A DNA stretch of 64,000 bases from Negaprion brevirostris. Taxonomy: Eukaryota. Position 1 is the stretch's first letter. Every line of letters begins with the position of its first letter. The notes below the pieces were generated by a model. The model worked only from the letters and a program-made list of their open reading frames with translations. It made no database searches and was not told the origin of the DNA. This document shows, piece after piece, positions 38,604 through 52,800 of the stretch. The position numbers and the translations under genes are program-made. The DNA is taken from NCBI GenBank assembly GCA_030324005.1, contig JARDVH010000128.1, positions 31,519,565 to 31,583,564 on the forward strand, read 5' to 3'.

Positions 38604-40655
38604 ACATTCCTTTAGCCTTCAGGTGGCTACAAAATCAATGTGCAGACCCAGTCCCCCATGCTCAGGGGACAGGTATTTGGCCTACTTCGGTATTTCTGAC
38701 TCCCTTCATTGTGATGGGCCTGGATCTATGTCTGATTTCCCCACAGTAGTGGGTTGTAGAATACTTTCAACCACCGATTTATGGAACCAGCTCACCTCTG
38801 ATGGTTCACTGTCCCTTAATTTTATGTCATTCACATTTAGAATCTTTACAGCCATGGTGCAAAGTCATCTGTTCTTCTCAAGCACGCTACACTTACCATG
38901 TCATGTCTCACCAAAGTATTATTTTCTGAAACAAACCTATACAATTTGCCGTTGAATGTATCAGTATTGGCTTCCACCATCTCCCTTGGGAGCCTGTTCC
39001 ATAGATTGCCTGCGCTAGATCATGAAATATTTCCACAGATTTACTTTAAATTTATCTCCCTTCAAGCATAGACCATTATCTCTGCTTCTGTTGTTCTTAC
39101 CAACTTCTTACTCTATTGTTCTGGACATGGGCTACATTATCTCCAATCCCAAAAGCAGCAATTATATCACTTCTCAATTTTCTGTCTCCAAATCACCTAA
39201 TCTATCATTACCTCTATATACTGTTTACTCTCCTTTCCTTGCATGAAAGTAGATGAAGGAAGACATTATTAAACCAGTAGAGCAAGCAGAAAGCTGGATT
39301 AAAGTAGAAATACATTTCATAGAATGATCTGTTCCCACATGGCCGCCACTCACAATAGCCTGGTTAAATGAAGAGCTCAGTGACTGAAGACTATATCCCA
39401 TCATTCTGTGGAGAAAGACCCTTGAAGCATTTCACCTCCTGTAATCCTTGATCAAGAGTAAACACTGGTCTTTTGAGCGCTTTGGCACCCTGCTTTAGAT
39501 ATGTATTAATGCACAAAGACTACTGAAACATACTATAGTTAACATACTCTCATAATGCACTGTTGCATTAAGAACACTGAACAAACCTTTGGGTATTATG
39601 TCTTCTAATTTATTAACTGGTGGACACTCTGACAAATCAGCATCATTATCCAATGTAAAATGACTAATCCGTAGTTAACTGCGAGTGAAAATCAAACAAA
39701 ACAGTTCAGCTCAGTTATCTGTAATGCAGGACTAAGGGCTATAGAGATATAGAACCTTGTCCTTCTATTTCTGGACCCTCAACTGAATCTGTTTCCAAAA
39801 AGTGTGTTCCAGCTTGCCTGTAAAAGTCTGATATAGAATCCATTCTCCCTGCCTCACCACAGTTCTTAGAGGCATAAACCTAACTTGACACTATTTTGGC
39901 AATCTCCTCCATGCAGCACAGATAATGTAAATGAACATAGTATAGAAAGCTTTTTTGAAGATGCAATTAAGAAAGTTTATTTCAGCATAGTAAAGATAAA
40001 TTTACTTGCACGCAGTGTAGAGATAGATTTACTCTATATCAAACCCATGCTAAACCTGTCCTGGGAGTGTTTAATGGGGCAATGTAGAGGGAACTTTATG
40101 CTATGTTTAATCTGTTCTGGAATGTTTTTGAACAATGTAAAGAGAGTTTTATCTCATGTAAATTTTGGAATTTGCTTGATACTGACTGCACATGTAATTT
40201 CTCTGAACACACAATTCAGTGGACAAACTTATTTGAATGAGCACAGCAGGAGATGACAGAATCATTGATTCTTGGGATTAATTCTATATGGCTCTAATCT
40301 TTTAAATATTTTTTGAGAGTACAGCATCACACTAATAGCACAGAGAGGCATCTCCCGAAGCAAATTTCTGTCCACAAGTATTGGGTAAAGGAGGTAAAAC
40401 CACTCAGAAGCTATGAAGTCATGCAGCATGAGAAGTATATATGTGATGTTATCAATGAATCACACTAGGCATTAATATTGAAATTAGTGGCACCACAAGC
40501 AGAAAGTCCACAAAAGTAGCTCCACTCCATTGGTCAGTCTCACTCATATTAATTGATGTGTTAAATAAAATTGAGGTGGGAAGCCAAAAGAAAATTAAAT
40601 CCCACAACTGAACATGTCAGTGCCTTGTTAAGATGATGAGTCCTCATTGACTCAC

Positions 40656-41795
40656 CGTCTCTGTTCTGCTTCTTCATTTTTAGAGATAGGCTTGGGTTAT
40701 CACTGGTGCTGATGGGTACACTTCCTTCAGAATCAGCAGATTCTTCCTTTCTTATGTTCTCAGATCCTGGGAAGGAAGCAGCTTTATCATGAATGAAGCC
40801 TGGCTCACTAATCCCTTCTTCGGCAACTTCAGATTTTTGATCTGATACTTGCACTTTCTTGGCAAATGCTTTTTTATTATCTTCATCTTTCACAGATCCA
40901 TCGCCACTGTCACTTGTTGAAATCCCTAGAGTTTCCTGACGATCAGAATCTTCAGGTTCCATCAGATTTTCCTCTGTTCCATTTTCATCTGATTTATTGT
41001 CAGTACCCTCATCATTTTGCTCCTGCCCCTCAGGTTCGCCTTTTCTCATACTAGCTTCTTGTTCAGAATCGGCTGCTTTGGTATTCTCTTCCTGACTATC
41101 CAATGCTTCCTCTTCCACATCCTTTGTTTCTTCTTCTGTTTCCTCTGAAGTACCTTCCTTAAGATTCAACTCACCATCAGGATCATCTTGCTCAGACGAG
41201 TGCTGGTTCCTATTGTTGCTGTTTAGCTCAGTTTCTTTGGAAATTGCGGCATGTTCAGGGGCCCCGTTTTGTGTTGGCTGTCTTAGTTCTGTTTCTTCAT
41301 CCTCATGGGATTCATAAATGGCAGTTTCTGCAATTTCATTTGATTCACCTTCCACAGTTGTTTCAATTTCTGTGCTGTTGCGATCCAGTTCTTGAGAATC
41401 GCCAATTTCCTTATCAGTAAGAGCACTAGCTGTGTCCTCCGTACCGTCAGACACTAGATTTTCATTTCTTTCATCATTTACAATCAATTCCTCAGTGTCA
41501 TTTTTGGAGTTGGCTTCATTGCTTTGACATTCTTGATCTTTCACACCTCCATTAATCACATTATCACGTAAAGTAGCACATCTTGAACATGCTGCTGCAC
41601 AACTATCAATTAGTGACTGACCTTTTTCTTCTTTATCATTGGAATCCACTGTGGGACCTTGTGATCCCAAGCCTGAACTACCATCAGATGAATCTGCATA
41701 CAGGGGGGGACTGGCCTTTTCTTCTTGCTGCTTACCATTCATAAACTTCTCATCATTCACATCGATATCTGGGTCTGCAGCCAAGGCTCGATTCC
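40656..41795 (-). CDS. SRL: Sarcalumenin long-isoform acidic (Ca2+-binding) cassette exon, 1140 bp / 380 codons
   Basis: Open D/E/S/N-rich frame in the expected position upstream of the 126-bp exon. Acceptor ttatcattcttgcag|GG, donor GAC G|gtgagt; phase 1-1 and length divisible by 3, so it is skippable, consistent with the known long and short SRL isoforms. The acceptor choice is inferred. Confidence 0.85.
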
Positions 41796-43718
41796 CTGCA
41801 AGAATGATAACATCTTCACTGTTCAGTTTGGTGAAGTCTTGAGCCTGGCTCTAAATGATCAGAACATTATCAGTCAGTTTGAGGCCAGTTTCTCTCTTGA
41901 TGTGTTTCTGGTCAATATAATTCAGAGGGAAAATAAACATTCAAACCAATGCTGTTACAGGCCCAGAAATATATCAAGAGCAGGTGTTATTTCTAGGGAA
42001 GGGGACAGATCGAGCAATTAGGCCTGCATCACTCAATGGTGAATTATTGATTATGTGAGAACTCCATAAAGTAAAGATCAATTTGTGCATCCTTTACTAA
42101 TCTGAATTTGATAATGATTTTTCCAGTAACAGAAGACTTGTCCTGAGTCAGAGATAGGGTAATTGAACTATGATTAGCCCCTCAAATGAAGCTATTTGTC
42201 ATGAAATGCTGTAGATTGCAGTGAACTATAACACTAGCATTGTCCTTGCTGGACAATGAAAATGCGAATTAAGTTCAGGGACCTTCTGATACAAGTCTAT
42301 ACAAATATTGGAAAACAGTTATAGGAGTTGCCTCTAGTTTATTTGGTAAATATGCTGCTCACTGCGTAAATGAGCCCTACAGACCATTTCTCAACAAGGA
42401 AGGCAATAGGTGTACTGAATTTGGGCTAGGGAGTGGTAAAATCACCTCAGCGTTGTTCCTAGCCATCGACCAGCTTCTGGCTTGCATCAGAAAAAAAGCT
42501 GAGAAAATGGCACTGAGAAGTACAGCAAAGCCACAGGCCAGATTAGTCAAAGCTTTTGCTTGATGACAAGCAATTAGTTGAGGAAAATGAATGCAGTGGA
42601 GATAACCCTGTGTGAATACTTCCATGTTTTACAATTACAATGGCCAGCACTGTGATGGTAAGGTGCATATATAAGTACATACTATATATATAGTATCTCT
42701 TGTGGCATTCAACATAAGAACTCAACCAAGTATAGTCCACGTGTGATGGGAAAGTTCAAAAGTGAAGGCATGTAGGCAGAGCTCAGTCCCCATTTGTAAC
42801 TCTTAGATTGTTCATATAACATTTCTTACCTTAACACACACCAGCTGTCAACTTTTTTCACCATAACTACTTCAGCCACTTTTGTAACCCTATGTAAACT
42901 GGTCATGCTGTAATTATTATAAACATTTTCAACATGAGTACTTCATGGGCTGACTCTTTGAGTCAGCAAGACTGTGTGGACATTTAAAAATTGCAGACAG
43001 GACCTGGATAGTGAAGCCCCTCAGTGCCAAGTTCAATCATACCACATTTTGGCTGGTTTGAGGACCTTAACCTGCAGTGTGGGAGTCACAAATCAATGGA
43101 TGTAAACCTTCTTGGAGGGTGGGTAAGGTCTTTATAATTGTCATGATTTGATTTTTTTAAAATGCCTTACTGCTCTCAGGGTCAACCTTCTGCTAGATTC
43201 TTTTGATTGATTATCCCAAGTTAAGAAATAAAGTAGCATCTGGTGGTGCAGTTTCAATTGAGTGTCAACAATCATTAGGCCATAATGAATGCTTGGCTGA
43301 GTTTTAAAAACTACAATTATCTAAACAGGGGTTCTGAGTGCACAGTTTTCTTTTCAGTTTAAATAGACTATTAGTTATTTTTAAAGTGAGGTCTGAACAG
43401 AAGTGTGTTTGCATTTGTAGGAGATCAATTACTTAGGGTAATTTAACAAATTGGATATTATAAATGGGGGTTATTTCATCTTTGAGAGCATAGCAGTGAG
43501 CGCTGTAATAGATTGTTAGAAGTATATAATTTAACTTCTGCATGGCTCCTGTTGTCTGCCCTTGGTGGATATTGGGTGAATGGCTATAGATGTTGCATGG
43601 AGGATATGAGGGGCATTGNNNNNNNNNNNNNNNNNNNNNNNNNNNNNNNNNNNNNNNNNNNNNNNNNNNNNNNNNNNNNNNNNNNNNNNNNNNNNNNNNN
43701 NNNNNNNNNNNNNNNNNN

Positions 43719-43903
43719 TGTATTGGCCATGGTAAATTATCCCTTAGTGTTCCAAGATGTGTAGGTTAGATGAATTGGTCATGGTAAATGTGTGAGGTTA
43801 CGGGGATAGGGCAGGGGAGAGGGCTTGAGTAAGATACTCTGTGGAAAGTCAGTGCAGACTTGAAGGGCCAGATGGCCTCCTCCTGCACTCTAGGGATTAT
43901 GTG
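43719..43903 (+). mobile_element. HE1-type SINE, 3' half, next to an N gap
   Basis: attggccatggtaaatt core and ggcctcctcctgcactctagggattatg tail. Confidence 0.7.
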
Positions 43904-46358
43904 ATTTATTACCAACGGGTCTGGCAAGCTGGGAAAAAATCTGGTCCATGAAGCCAATTAGGGCACAGAAGGAGACCATTCATCAACTGCATACCTATTC
44001 CCTGCAGGGCAATCCAGTCATTCCACTTCTCTGCTTAATTTCATAGCACTGAAAGTTGAAATTACTGATTGTTCCCACTTTCACTATCCTGGTGGGCAGA
44101 GATTTCAAGTCATTACCAGTTACTGAATTAAAAAATTATTCCTCCATTTCCTCTGCATCCACTGCCCAAAATCTTAAATCTGTGTCCCAAAACTAATCCC
44201 ACTGCCCCACACTTTCCCAAAACGCTGTATCTCCTTTTATTTCAATTATATTTCTGAGTTTGCCTTAAAAGTTGTAATAGTCGTTGCCTGAACTATAATA
44301 AATATCCGTAATTTTTAAGAGATCCAACAACAAGATTAGTAACAGCACTTCAGTTCTCATTCACTGATTCATAGTGCAGGCGTCATACCTTACTTAGTCT
44401 GTTGGGAAGAGGTCATCGTAGCTGATTCAGGTGCCAGTTACAGCTCTTTAGCCACTGTCAAACCTTTATTTCCTATCACCTTTGTGCACTATTTTGTGAC
44501 TATCTTAAAATCTTCTCAACCAAAGTTAGCTGCAAACACTCCACAGCTAGAAAGAAAGCCTTATTCAACAATGTATAGCTTGCAAAGTTTAGAGGTCTAC
44601 CTTGCAAACAATTCTGACTAGTTCCATCAATGAAAGTGCCCTTTTTTTAAAAAAGGCAAATAAAGTGGTCACAGAGGCAGATAAAATTAATTAATCAATC
44701 ACTGCTAATGGAGGTTGTGCAGATCAAACTTTGCAAATGGAGGCTAGATATTTTCCTACAGAAAGGAGAGAGAATGATGCAAGTCACCTTCACAAATCTC
44801 TAAACTATTGGATTGTTATATATGGATGTTATAGGTAGCATCCTCTTTGCCAGACATTCAATGGTATTGCCAAACTCAGGCCGAGGCCTGCCATGGCACA
44901 CCTGTGTTGTCCTTTCTCATTCCAGTAAAGAGAATGTGAGAAAACAGTTGAAAAAAAAAATTAGCAGAATAACACTAATCTTCTGGAACTTGTCAGTTCC
45001 ATGCATCTACTCTCAACCATCAGAACCATTTTACCATGCAAACTAAGCATTGACGTTGAACGTTGAGAGACATGAGAATCAGCAGCATACAGGTCCTCTT
45101 GCATTCACCAAGGAGTTCCTCTCCCTGTTGTACACTGTAGCTTCAGCAAAAGAATGCTATTCTACTAAAGCAACGGAGAAGATCCCAAATTGTGTTTTCA
45201 AAGGATTGGCTCCGTGGAGTGAAACAGGCCTCAATTAGTAGCATGAAATGTAATCATGGTCGATTAGCAGACCAGTATATACTACACCAGAGTTTCTTTT
45301 TCATTCAAATCAGTTGGACCCCAGCCTGTACCTCACTTCCAGCAATCTGTTATGTTATTCTGTATATGAACAATATGAACCCCTTGATTAGATTCCAGCT
45401 GACAAGTGGCTTCCAGAGGGCTGCTGTTCCATCTAGCACCCTCCTCTGCACCACACCCCACAAAATCCTTTGAATGGATTTGTGCCTGTAGCACACATTG
45501 ATGTAGCTGTTACTCTGATTATAATCAATTTAACATCTTTGATTAAATCCAACCTGTGACTCACTGGAAGATACTCGTTTTTCTATACATAGACTGCTTG
45601 AAACTCTCCATTACTTTCACTTCTGGATACCCATTATTCTATATATAATCTACCCGAACCCCTCTATTAGATTCCGTAACCTAATTCAGTGTTCTATATA
45701 TAAAGAGACCTTTAAAGAGTATGGGTTTATATGTTGGCATTGCTATCGCAATGCACTGACCTCGCTATCTATTTGAAGAACCACAAAACTGATGTTGGAA
45801 ATCCATGAACACTCTAGCAGAGGCATGCACATGAGATAGGGTGTTCAGATAGACTAACTGTCAAAATGACATGTTCAGAGAATGTCCCTTGCTGTTTTAC
45901 TGGAGCTGTTAATCTGCTTCACCTGGAGAAATGTTCTACAAATATTAGCATCATGAATAGTGATTTCCGGGTTTTTTTTTTGTAAAGGGAGGATTTGAAG
46001 CAGTGACACAGTCTGCTCTTGGTTTTTCATTCTCTGCCTGATATTTCCTCTGCAACGGTTATCATATTTCAAGAATTTACTGATTGTGGTAGAATTGGAA
46101 CACCTCATCCAAGTGGGCAATTCTTCACCTGTGTATCAAGATTCTGAGAATCAGTGAGCTCTTCAATTGTAGGATTATNNNNNNNNNNCCTGTCACATCA
46201 AATGTTTATACACAAACTCCTTGTGATCAGACAGGATTATCTTACTGATTCCATTTTTAAGCTTCGATCCCCCCCATCTCTGAGAACATGAACAATTAAT
46301 TTCAGCTGAAATTTCAATTATGAGAGTGTCAGAGATTCTATCTTTCAGATGAGATAGG

Positions 46359-46485
46359 AAGTCTCAAAACACCAGGTTAAAGTCCAACAGGTTTATTTGG
46401 TGCACAAGCCACAAGCTTTTGGAGCACTGCGCCTTCATCAGGTGAGTGCGAGTTCTGTTCACAAACAGGATATATAAAGACACTT
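46359..46485. mobile_element. Penelope-like terminal fragment inserted in a Deu SINE
   Basis: aagtctcaaaacaccaggttaaagtccaacaggtttatttgg...ccttcatcaggtgag interrupts SINE-like sequence on both sides. Family assignment is from recall only. Confidence 0.45.
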
Positions 46486-49423
46486 TTGAAACAATGGCAT
46501 TATTTCAAAGATGAGCAAGGGAGTACACTCAATATCCTGGGCAACAGGAGTTCCACAACTAACACTGTCAAAAATAGTCTCATTAGTCATTCATCTTATT
46601 ACGTGTGGGATATTGTTATGCACATATTGGCTGTAACATATTCTGTGAAATAGCAGTGACTACACTTCAGAAGTAATCTATTGACCGTGAAATACTTTGG
46701 GATATCCTGAGAACATGAAATGGAGCCATATAAATGTGTGGGGAGGGGTTTCTTGAATTATTCTGGAAATTTTTCGACTGTACATACATTGAGACTCAGC
46801 AAGCGTTGACTGATTGTTGTATGTCTTTGAAATCCAAAGCTGGTTCATCTCCTATAACCCAACACTTAGACTTGTTCATTTCGCCTTGTTCAGTAGGGAT
46901 ATTTGAGTCAGTACATGTTGCAATTGTCACTATTTAGCTGTGATTCTTGTGTAAACCACTTCACTCATGCTTACATTCTCAGTTACCTTACTGAAATGCC
47001 TTTACTTGCAAAGACAGCAGTTTGTGTTTCTACTTGCACGTTTTTCTCATGTAGCTGAATTTGCTGGTATTTGGGTAAAAGCTTTACTTTTCTATGGAGG
47101 TCAGAAGCAGCAATTCGTGCCCTGCACTGTCGTGCTGTCACCTCTCTTGTGACCTTATTATCAATAACTAGTCCCATTGTTTCATTGCTCATATTATCAC
47201 ACACCTGCACCAGAGGGATTTTTATTTTATGAGTTGACACTCCTTCCCACATACCCTTTGCCACTATTTATGCTCCTGCCTCTTGTGCTCTGTCACTAAA
47301 ACCATAATTTATGCCGTTAACCCATCAGAAGTTGACTTTTCAATGTTTCTGCTAACCGCTTGTCCTTCATAAACTTGAATTAATCTAAATCTCTATAGCT
47401 TGTATTCTTTTGAGACACCAGAAAACACAATCCTGGCAGTCTGATCCTTGACAGACTCCACCGATTCCCTATTTACCTCTATTGTTCTACACTTTCCTTC
47501 CCTTATAATTTCCCATTAGACATCCCGGACCTAGTTATCCTGACTTGCTGCTTTCTCCTCACATTTTCGACCATGGTGCCCCCAAACTCTCCACTAAATC
47601 ACTCTGCATCGCTTCACTCACTTTTTTCAAAAGCTTTTAAAATCTGATCATTCTGGCTTTGGTTTCAGATTTCTTCATCTCTCATGGTGCTGAGTCTCCC
47701 TTCCTCATCATCAAAACACCTGAAACTTCCTACAAATAAGGTATGTGGATATAATGTGGTTGTTTGAATAAAACTTTTAACTGTCCCTGTTCACCTTCTT
47801 CCTTCGCATCCCCGCCCACAAGTCAATCGTTGGCCTGGCGATCCCCAGATGCAGAGTGCACAGCCCCCATGTGTTGCCTCCTCTTCAGGCTCTGCCCCTC
47901 TCCTTAAGCACCATCCTTTGGGACTGCCCAAGGGTCACTACCCACCCCTGCCCCTAATCACTCAGAGGTCTCAATGGCCTCCGGTCTCACTGGAGAGGGC
48001 ACCATGTTGCTCGGAACCATACATGATCTTCGTTGGTAAAGACCTCCACCACCTAGGCCATTAAGGAAGTGAATCCGGACAATTGCATCCAGCCTTACTA
48101 ATCACATTAAAATGAGACAATGAATGTTATAATCAACATTGCACCCTTCCCAGGTGTGAGGCTGATTTCAGCAGCAGATTAGGGCCGGTATGATTACAAG
48201 AGGCAAGAAACCTGGCACAATTCCAGTTTTTCGCCTCTGTTCAACTGACGGGACAAGCCAGTAAGAATGCACCTAAGCCTTTATTGCAGTCATATTTGTT
48301 ACATAAATCTTAATTTGTATTCACTCAAATTTAAAAAATTAAGGTGATTAAATTGAGGCGCTTAAAATGTTAAAAGCATTAGAGTAGATACAGTGACATT
48401 ATTTTCTATGGTGGGGGAATCCAGGAGAAGAAATATCATCGTACAATTTGAGCTAGGCCACAGGAGGCAAATTTGGGAAGCTTAATTTTTCGTTCAAAGG
48501 GTAGTGGAAACCTGGAACTGTCTTCATAAGGCTGCTAAAGTTGGAGGAATTTTGAAACTGAGATTGATGGTGCGCTGAGAGTGTGCTGAGATGTCAGGTA
48601 TCAGGTGCAGCGTGCTCCCTCAGGTAGATGTAAAAGAACCAATTTTACTATTTTGAAGAAAAGCAGGGGAGTTGTCCCCACTCTCCTGATCATTATTTAT
48701 CTCTCAATCAACATCACAAAAACAGATATCTAGAAGAGATTCACCAGCCTGACTAGCCACTGGAGAGAATCCTGACATTGCAGCTAAATTAAGAGTCCTG
48801 TTGCATGGCAGACCTGTCATAATTCACCCAGCTCATCCCTGCCACTCCTGTTCCCACACCATTATTATGCAGAACCCCTACTTTAGGAACTGCTAAATGC
48901 AGTCTTTGGTGCAGGCCCTGACAATCATGGACTTGGGGCATTGGACTCCAAGGGGAGTCTTGGAGGTAAGTGCGGTGCCCAGGTGTCCCTCTGTCACTGT
49001 GAGGCTGCAGAGGGAGGGTCCCCCAAGGCACCTGGGGATTGGAGGGGCTCAGGCTGGAAACAGGGAGTTAACCTTAAGACTCTCCCTGGGGTAGGGGTCT
49101 CATGGCTGTACTGCCTTTCCAGCCCTGGAAAACCAGAGGATCACTCTTGATGTTGTGATTTCAGGCAGCTTTCTGATCAAAATCTTTGTTCTTGTCTGTG
49201 TACAGTGAAAACATTGAAGTGGTCTGGGCATACTAATCTCCATGCTCCTGGAAGGCTTCCAATTCACAGCAGCACTCCATTCCACAGAAGCCCCCTTCGA
49301 AGCCCTCTGACTGACAGGAGAAGTCAGTTTCACGAGGGAGAGATTCCCTGCTGCATGATCACTCACTTAGTCCCATTCTTTTAACATTGCATTTTTTTCT
49401 TCCTAGAAAGATCAAAACCTTTG

Positions 49424-49522
49424 GGGCAGAGTTTTACCATCCCAATTGTAGCAGGCGGGACATGGACCAGGCGCAGGTCCATTGACCAGCCTTGGAATGA
49501 GCGCGGCCGGAAAATCCCACCC
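49424..49522. mobile_element. 99-bp MITE, PIF/Harbinger-like
   Basis: Imperfect TIRs gggcagagttttacc / ggaaaatcccaccc, flanked by a 3-bp direct repeat TTG (49421-49423 and 49523-49525). Confidence 0.6.
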
Positions 49523-49849
49523 TTGAAATCCCTCAAAATCCTTCGTTTCTATTCAATTTCATAGTCTAGTACCTTTAACTAAAGTTTGGTTGACAGCTTA
49601 ATGGAATGCGGAAAGACTATTTGACCTGATAACCATATTCTACAAAGGGGTTATCTCTAATGTGTAATGTCAAATATGGCTCCGCTTTTCAGATAAATAT
49701 GGACATATGAATTAGGAACAGGATTAGACCACTCAAGCTTGCTCTACTATTCAATAAGATATGACTGACCTAACTGCAACCTCTCACCTTTCACACCCTC
49801 GCTCATCAAGAATCTTTCAATTTCTGCCTTGAAAACATCCAAAAACTAT

Positions 49850-52800
49850 GAGTGGAATTCTCCCATACGGGACTAAGCCCTTATGGCAGCCACAGGGAGT
49901 GTTTCCCACTGCAGAGGGCAACAGGAAACCACACTATATCTTTCAGCCTCAACATCATTAATTATTCACCCAGGGATTTTGCACTGTCTACCATGGTGGG
50001 GTGTCATATCCAGGCACAATATTTGAAAAGGTGCCCAGACATCCTTATGTCAACACTAAGATGTCAGGAAAGGGAGGTGAAGGTCCAATGCCCAAGTTCA
50101 GTGACATAGACAATAGAACATTACAGCGCAGAACAGGCCCTTCGGCCCATGATGTTGCGCCGACCAATTAAAAAGCAATGACCCTCTAGCCTAAACCAAT
50201 CCCTTTCCATCCATAAACCTATCCGCGGATCTCTTAAACGCCCCCAAACTAGGCGCATTTACAACTGCAGCAGGCAGGGCATTCCAATCCCTCACCACCC
50301 TCNNNNNNNNNNNNNNNNNNNNNNNNNNNNNNNNNNNNNNNNNNNNNNNNNNNNNNNNNNNNNNNNNNNNNNNNNNNNNNNNNNNNNNNNNNNNNNNNNN
50401 NNGCCAAAGTGAATTACCTCACACTTTTCCACATTAAACTCCATCCGCCACCTCTCGGCCCAGCTCTGCAACTTGTCCATCAGCTCTGCAACATCTCCCT
50501 GCACGTCCTCCTTGACCATGTCGAGGTCAGGAGGAATGTACTCTACCCAGCTGATGGGAGAAGAGGCCCAGCAGGAAACCAATGCTACATGAGCATATGG
50601 TGCCAATGCTTAAGTGCCCAGGGGGTGCACAACCCAGTGCCAGAAGATGAATCATCATATTCACTCCTCCAGAGTAAGTCTTAAGAACGGTCGCATAATC
50701 CACAAAGACTCCAAAATGTAAGGATCCAAGAATTTGATTTATTATTGTCACAGGTATTGGTATGCAGTGCAAAGTATCGTTTCTTGCCTGCTATACTTAC
50801 AAAGCATTACCATTCATAGAAAAGGAAAGAAGAGGTTGCAGAATATACTGTTACAGTCATAGTTAGGGTGTAGAGAAAGATCAACTTAATATGAGGTAGG
50901 TCCATTCAAAAGTCCGAAGGCAGCAGGGAAGAAACTGTTCTTGAGTCACTTCGTATGACCAGTGGCAGCAACATGTTCTGTCTCACAGCCCTATCTCAGT
51001 ACATCCATACTGCAATGAAGTGACCATTTTTGTTTCCTTCACTCTTCAGTAGACATGGGATACTCAGGGAATTGGGTGGGTGAGAGGATAGATTGAAACC
51101 TGGCGCAGATGCAGACAGAACTAGCAACCTCCACAAATCAGATGCATCTATAAGCCTTCCCCTTGCATGTGAATATGCTCAGTTCTCCAGAGGACGCTGG
51201 TCCACAACCGTTCTGCCCAATTCATACCAGTGATGATAGTCCACTTGTGTTTGGCCAATCTTATGAGTACATTGTACCAAATTCCAATATTCCAACCAAT
51301 ATAACATGCAACTCCTCTCAAATATTCTCATCTTCGAGTAGGAGAGGTTTAATCATAATTGTGCCAAGCAGGTGAGGGGGGAGGGCACAAGAGCCATTGG
51401 CAATGGGAAACTTGGCCTTAAGCATCCACGAAGTAAGGATTTATTCATTACATGCGAACCTAGCAATCAAATGTGCCTCCGCCTCCATCTTGGAAGCAGC
51501 TGACACTGTCACTTGCATTATCCTTTCTCGCTTCATCATGTGTCCAGGAAGACATCAAGGCAAGGGGAAGAGGACTTTTCCCCCACTCCTTTCAAGCCCT
51601 GACCAGTCCAGAAAGAAGCCAGGAGGAAGCAGAAGAGAAAAACTTCACACCTTTAAAAGTCACAGCGCCCAATTGCACTCTCCCAACAGCTCAGGAACAC
51701 ACACCTCAGTGGGTTTTAGTACTAGCTCAACAAGGTTCTCACAATCTGGTGGGCTCACTATACTGTCCGGAGGAGGAGAAGACTTGTTCAGCTATGCTCC
51801 CCAGAACTCGCTGAACCAGAAGGCATCTGCAAGGTCCCAGTTTGATGAGCGTTGAATTGACTTCCCAACTCAAGGTGGAGAGTCAGCAAGAGGCGGGGCA
51901 ACATCAGACAGAGCTGTTGGATGCCCTGAACAGGGTGGCCCTGAGTCAGAGGAGTCTGTCCGCCTGACCTCTGATGAAGTAGTGATGAAATATACCTACC
52001 TTAAGATCTCCAAGGGGACATTGTGGAGATCCTGGTCTAGCAGAACACCTAGTTTCAGCTGAAGATGCATGCAGAGTTGCATTCCATTGCTATTGCCATG
52101 GGTGAGTTTGTGCAATGGCAACATGACAGCAGGATGGGGCATCTTGCATTCTTCCAGGTGCCCCTTCCCTTCAAAAGGTCAGGCTGAGGCCTTCAAACAC
52201 CCAAAGGGAGTAGGAGATGCAGCTAGAACCCCGGTTCATCCATTCAGGACTCTCAGATGTTGTATGCTTCCTCCAAATCCCCTCAACCTGTGACCCCTTC
52301 AACCTGTGACCCCTTCAACCTCATCCTCTGCAGAAGGAACTGCAGGCCCACCAGTGCAAAAAAAAAGAAATTTTGATTAGCTGTGGTCGCACAGGTGAAC
52401 TCTGTCAATAAATAATGTCTAGTGTTGTCTTTTGGCATTATTATATAGGCTTTGCGAGACCTCCACCATTATCCTCCCACAACATTCGCAGTTCAGCTGC
52501 ACATAGCCACAGCACATATAATTTTGGAGGAAGACGTGACTGTGGCAGGGGCTTACACACCTACCCACATACACACTTAATTTTTATTCCTCCCTCCCTA
52601 ACTCCATCCCCTCACTGAACTCTCTCCCTTACACCTTCCTCCTCCAAACTTGTTCCCTATTACACTTATCTCCCCACTTGCATCTTTCACTCCCATTACC
52701 CCTTCCTCCCTACTGACACCATTTCCGTTTATGGTCTCTATTCCCCGCCAGGTTCACTCTCCCAACACCTTCACCCCCACCTCCCACCTTAATCCACCCT

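Noticed and set aside
42377-42625. Hydrophobic ORF as a candidate SRL signal-peptide exon
   Set aside because: The hydrophobic stretch is far from the ATG, the nearby donor is phase 0 and weak, and it does not resemble the SRL leader. Exon 1 probably lies outside the window.
45875-46128. Phase-1 acceptor followed by an ~84-codon frame on the minus strand
   Set aside because: There is no compatible phase-1 donor before the stop and no recognisable protein similarity.
46992-47204. Exon-like 213-bp open frame on the minus strand (cag|GTG...TCA|gtaagg)
   Set aside because: It is open only in phase 0 whereas all SRL junctions are phase 1, the polypyrimidine tract is weak, and I recognise no homology. 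RNA-seq would be needed to revive it.
52279-52321. Short tandem duplication (tcaacctgtgacccct x ~2.5), with similar ones near 50461 and 57260
   Set aside because: Ordinary slippage duplications with no sign of function.
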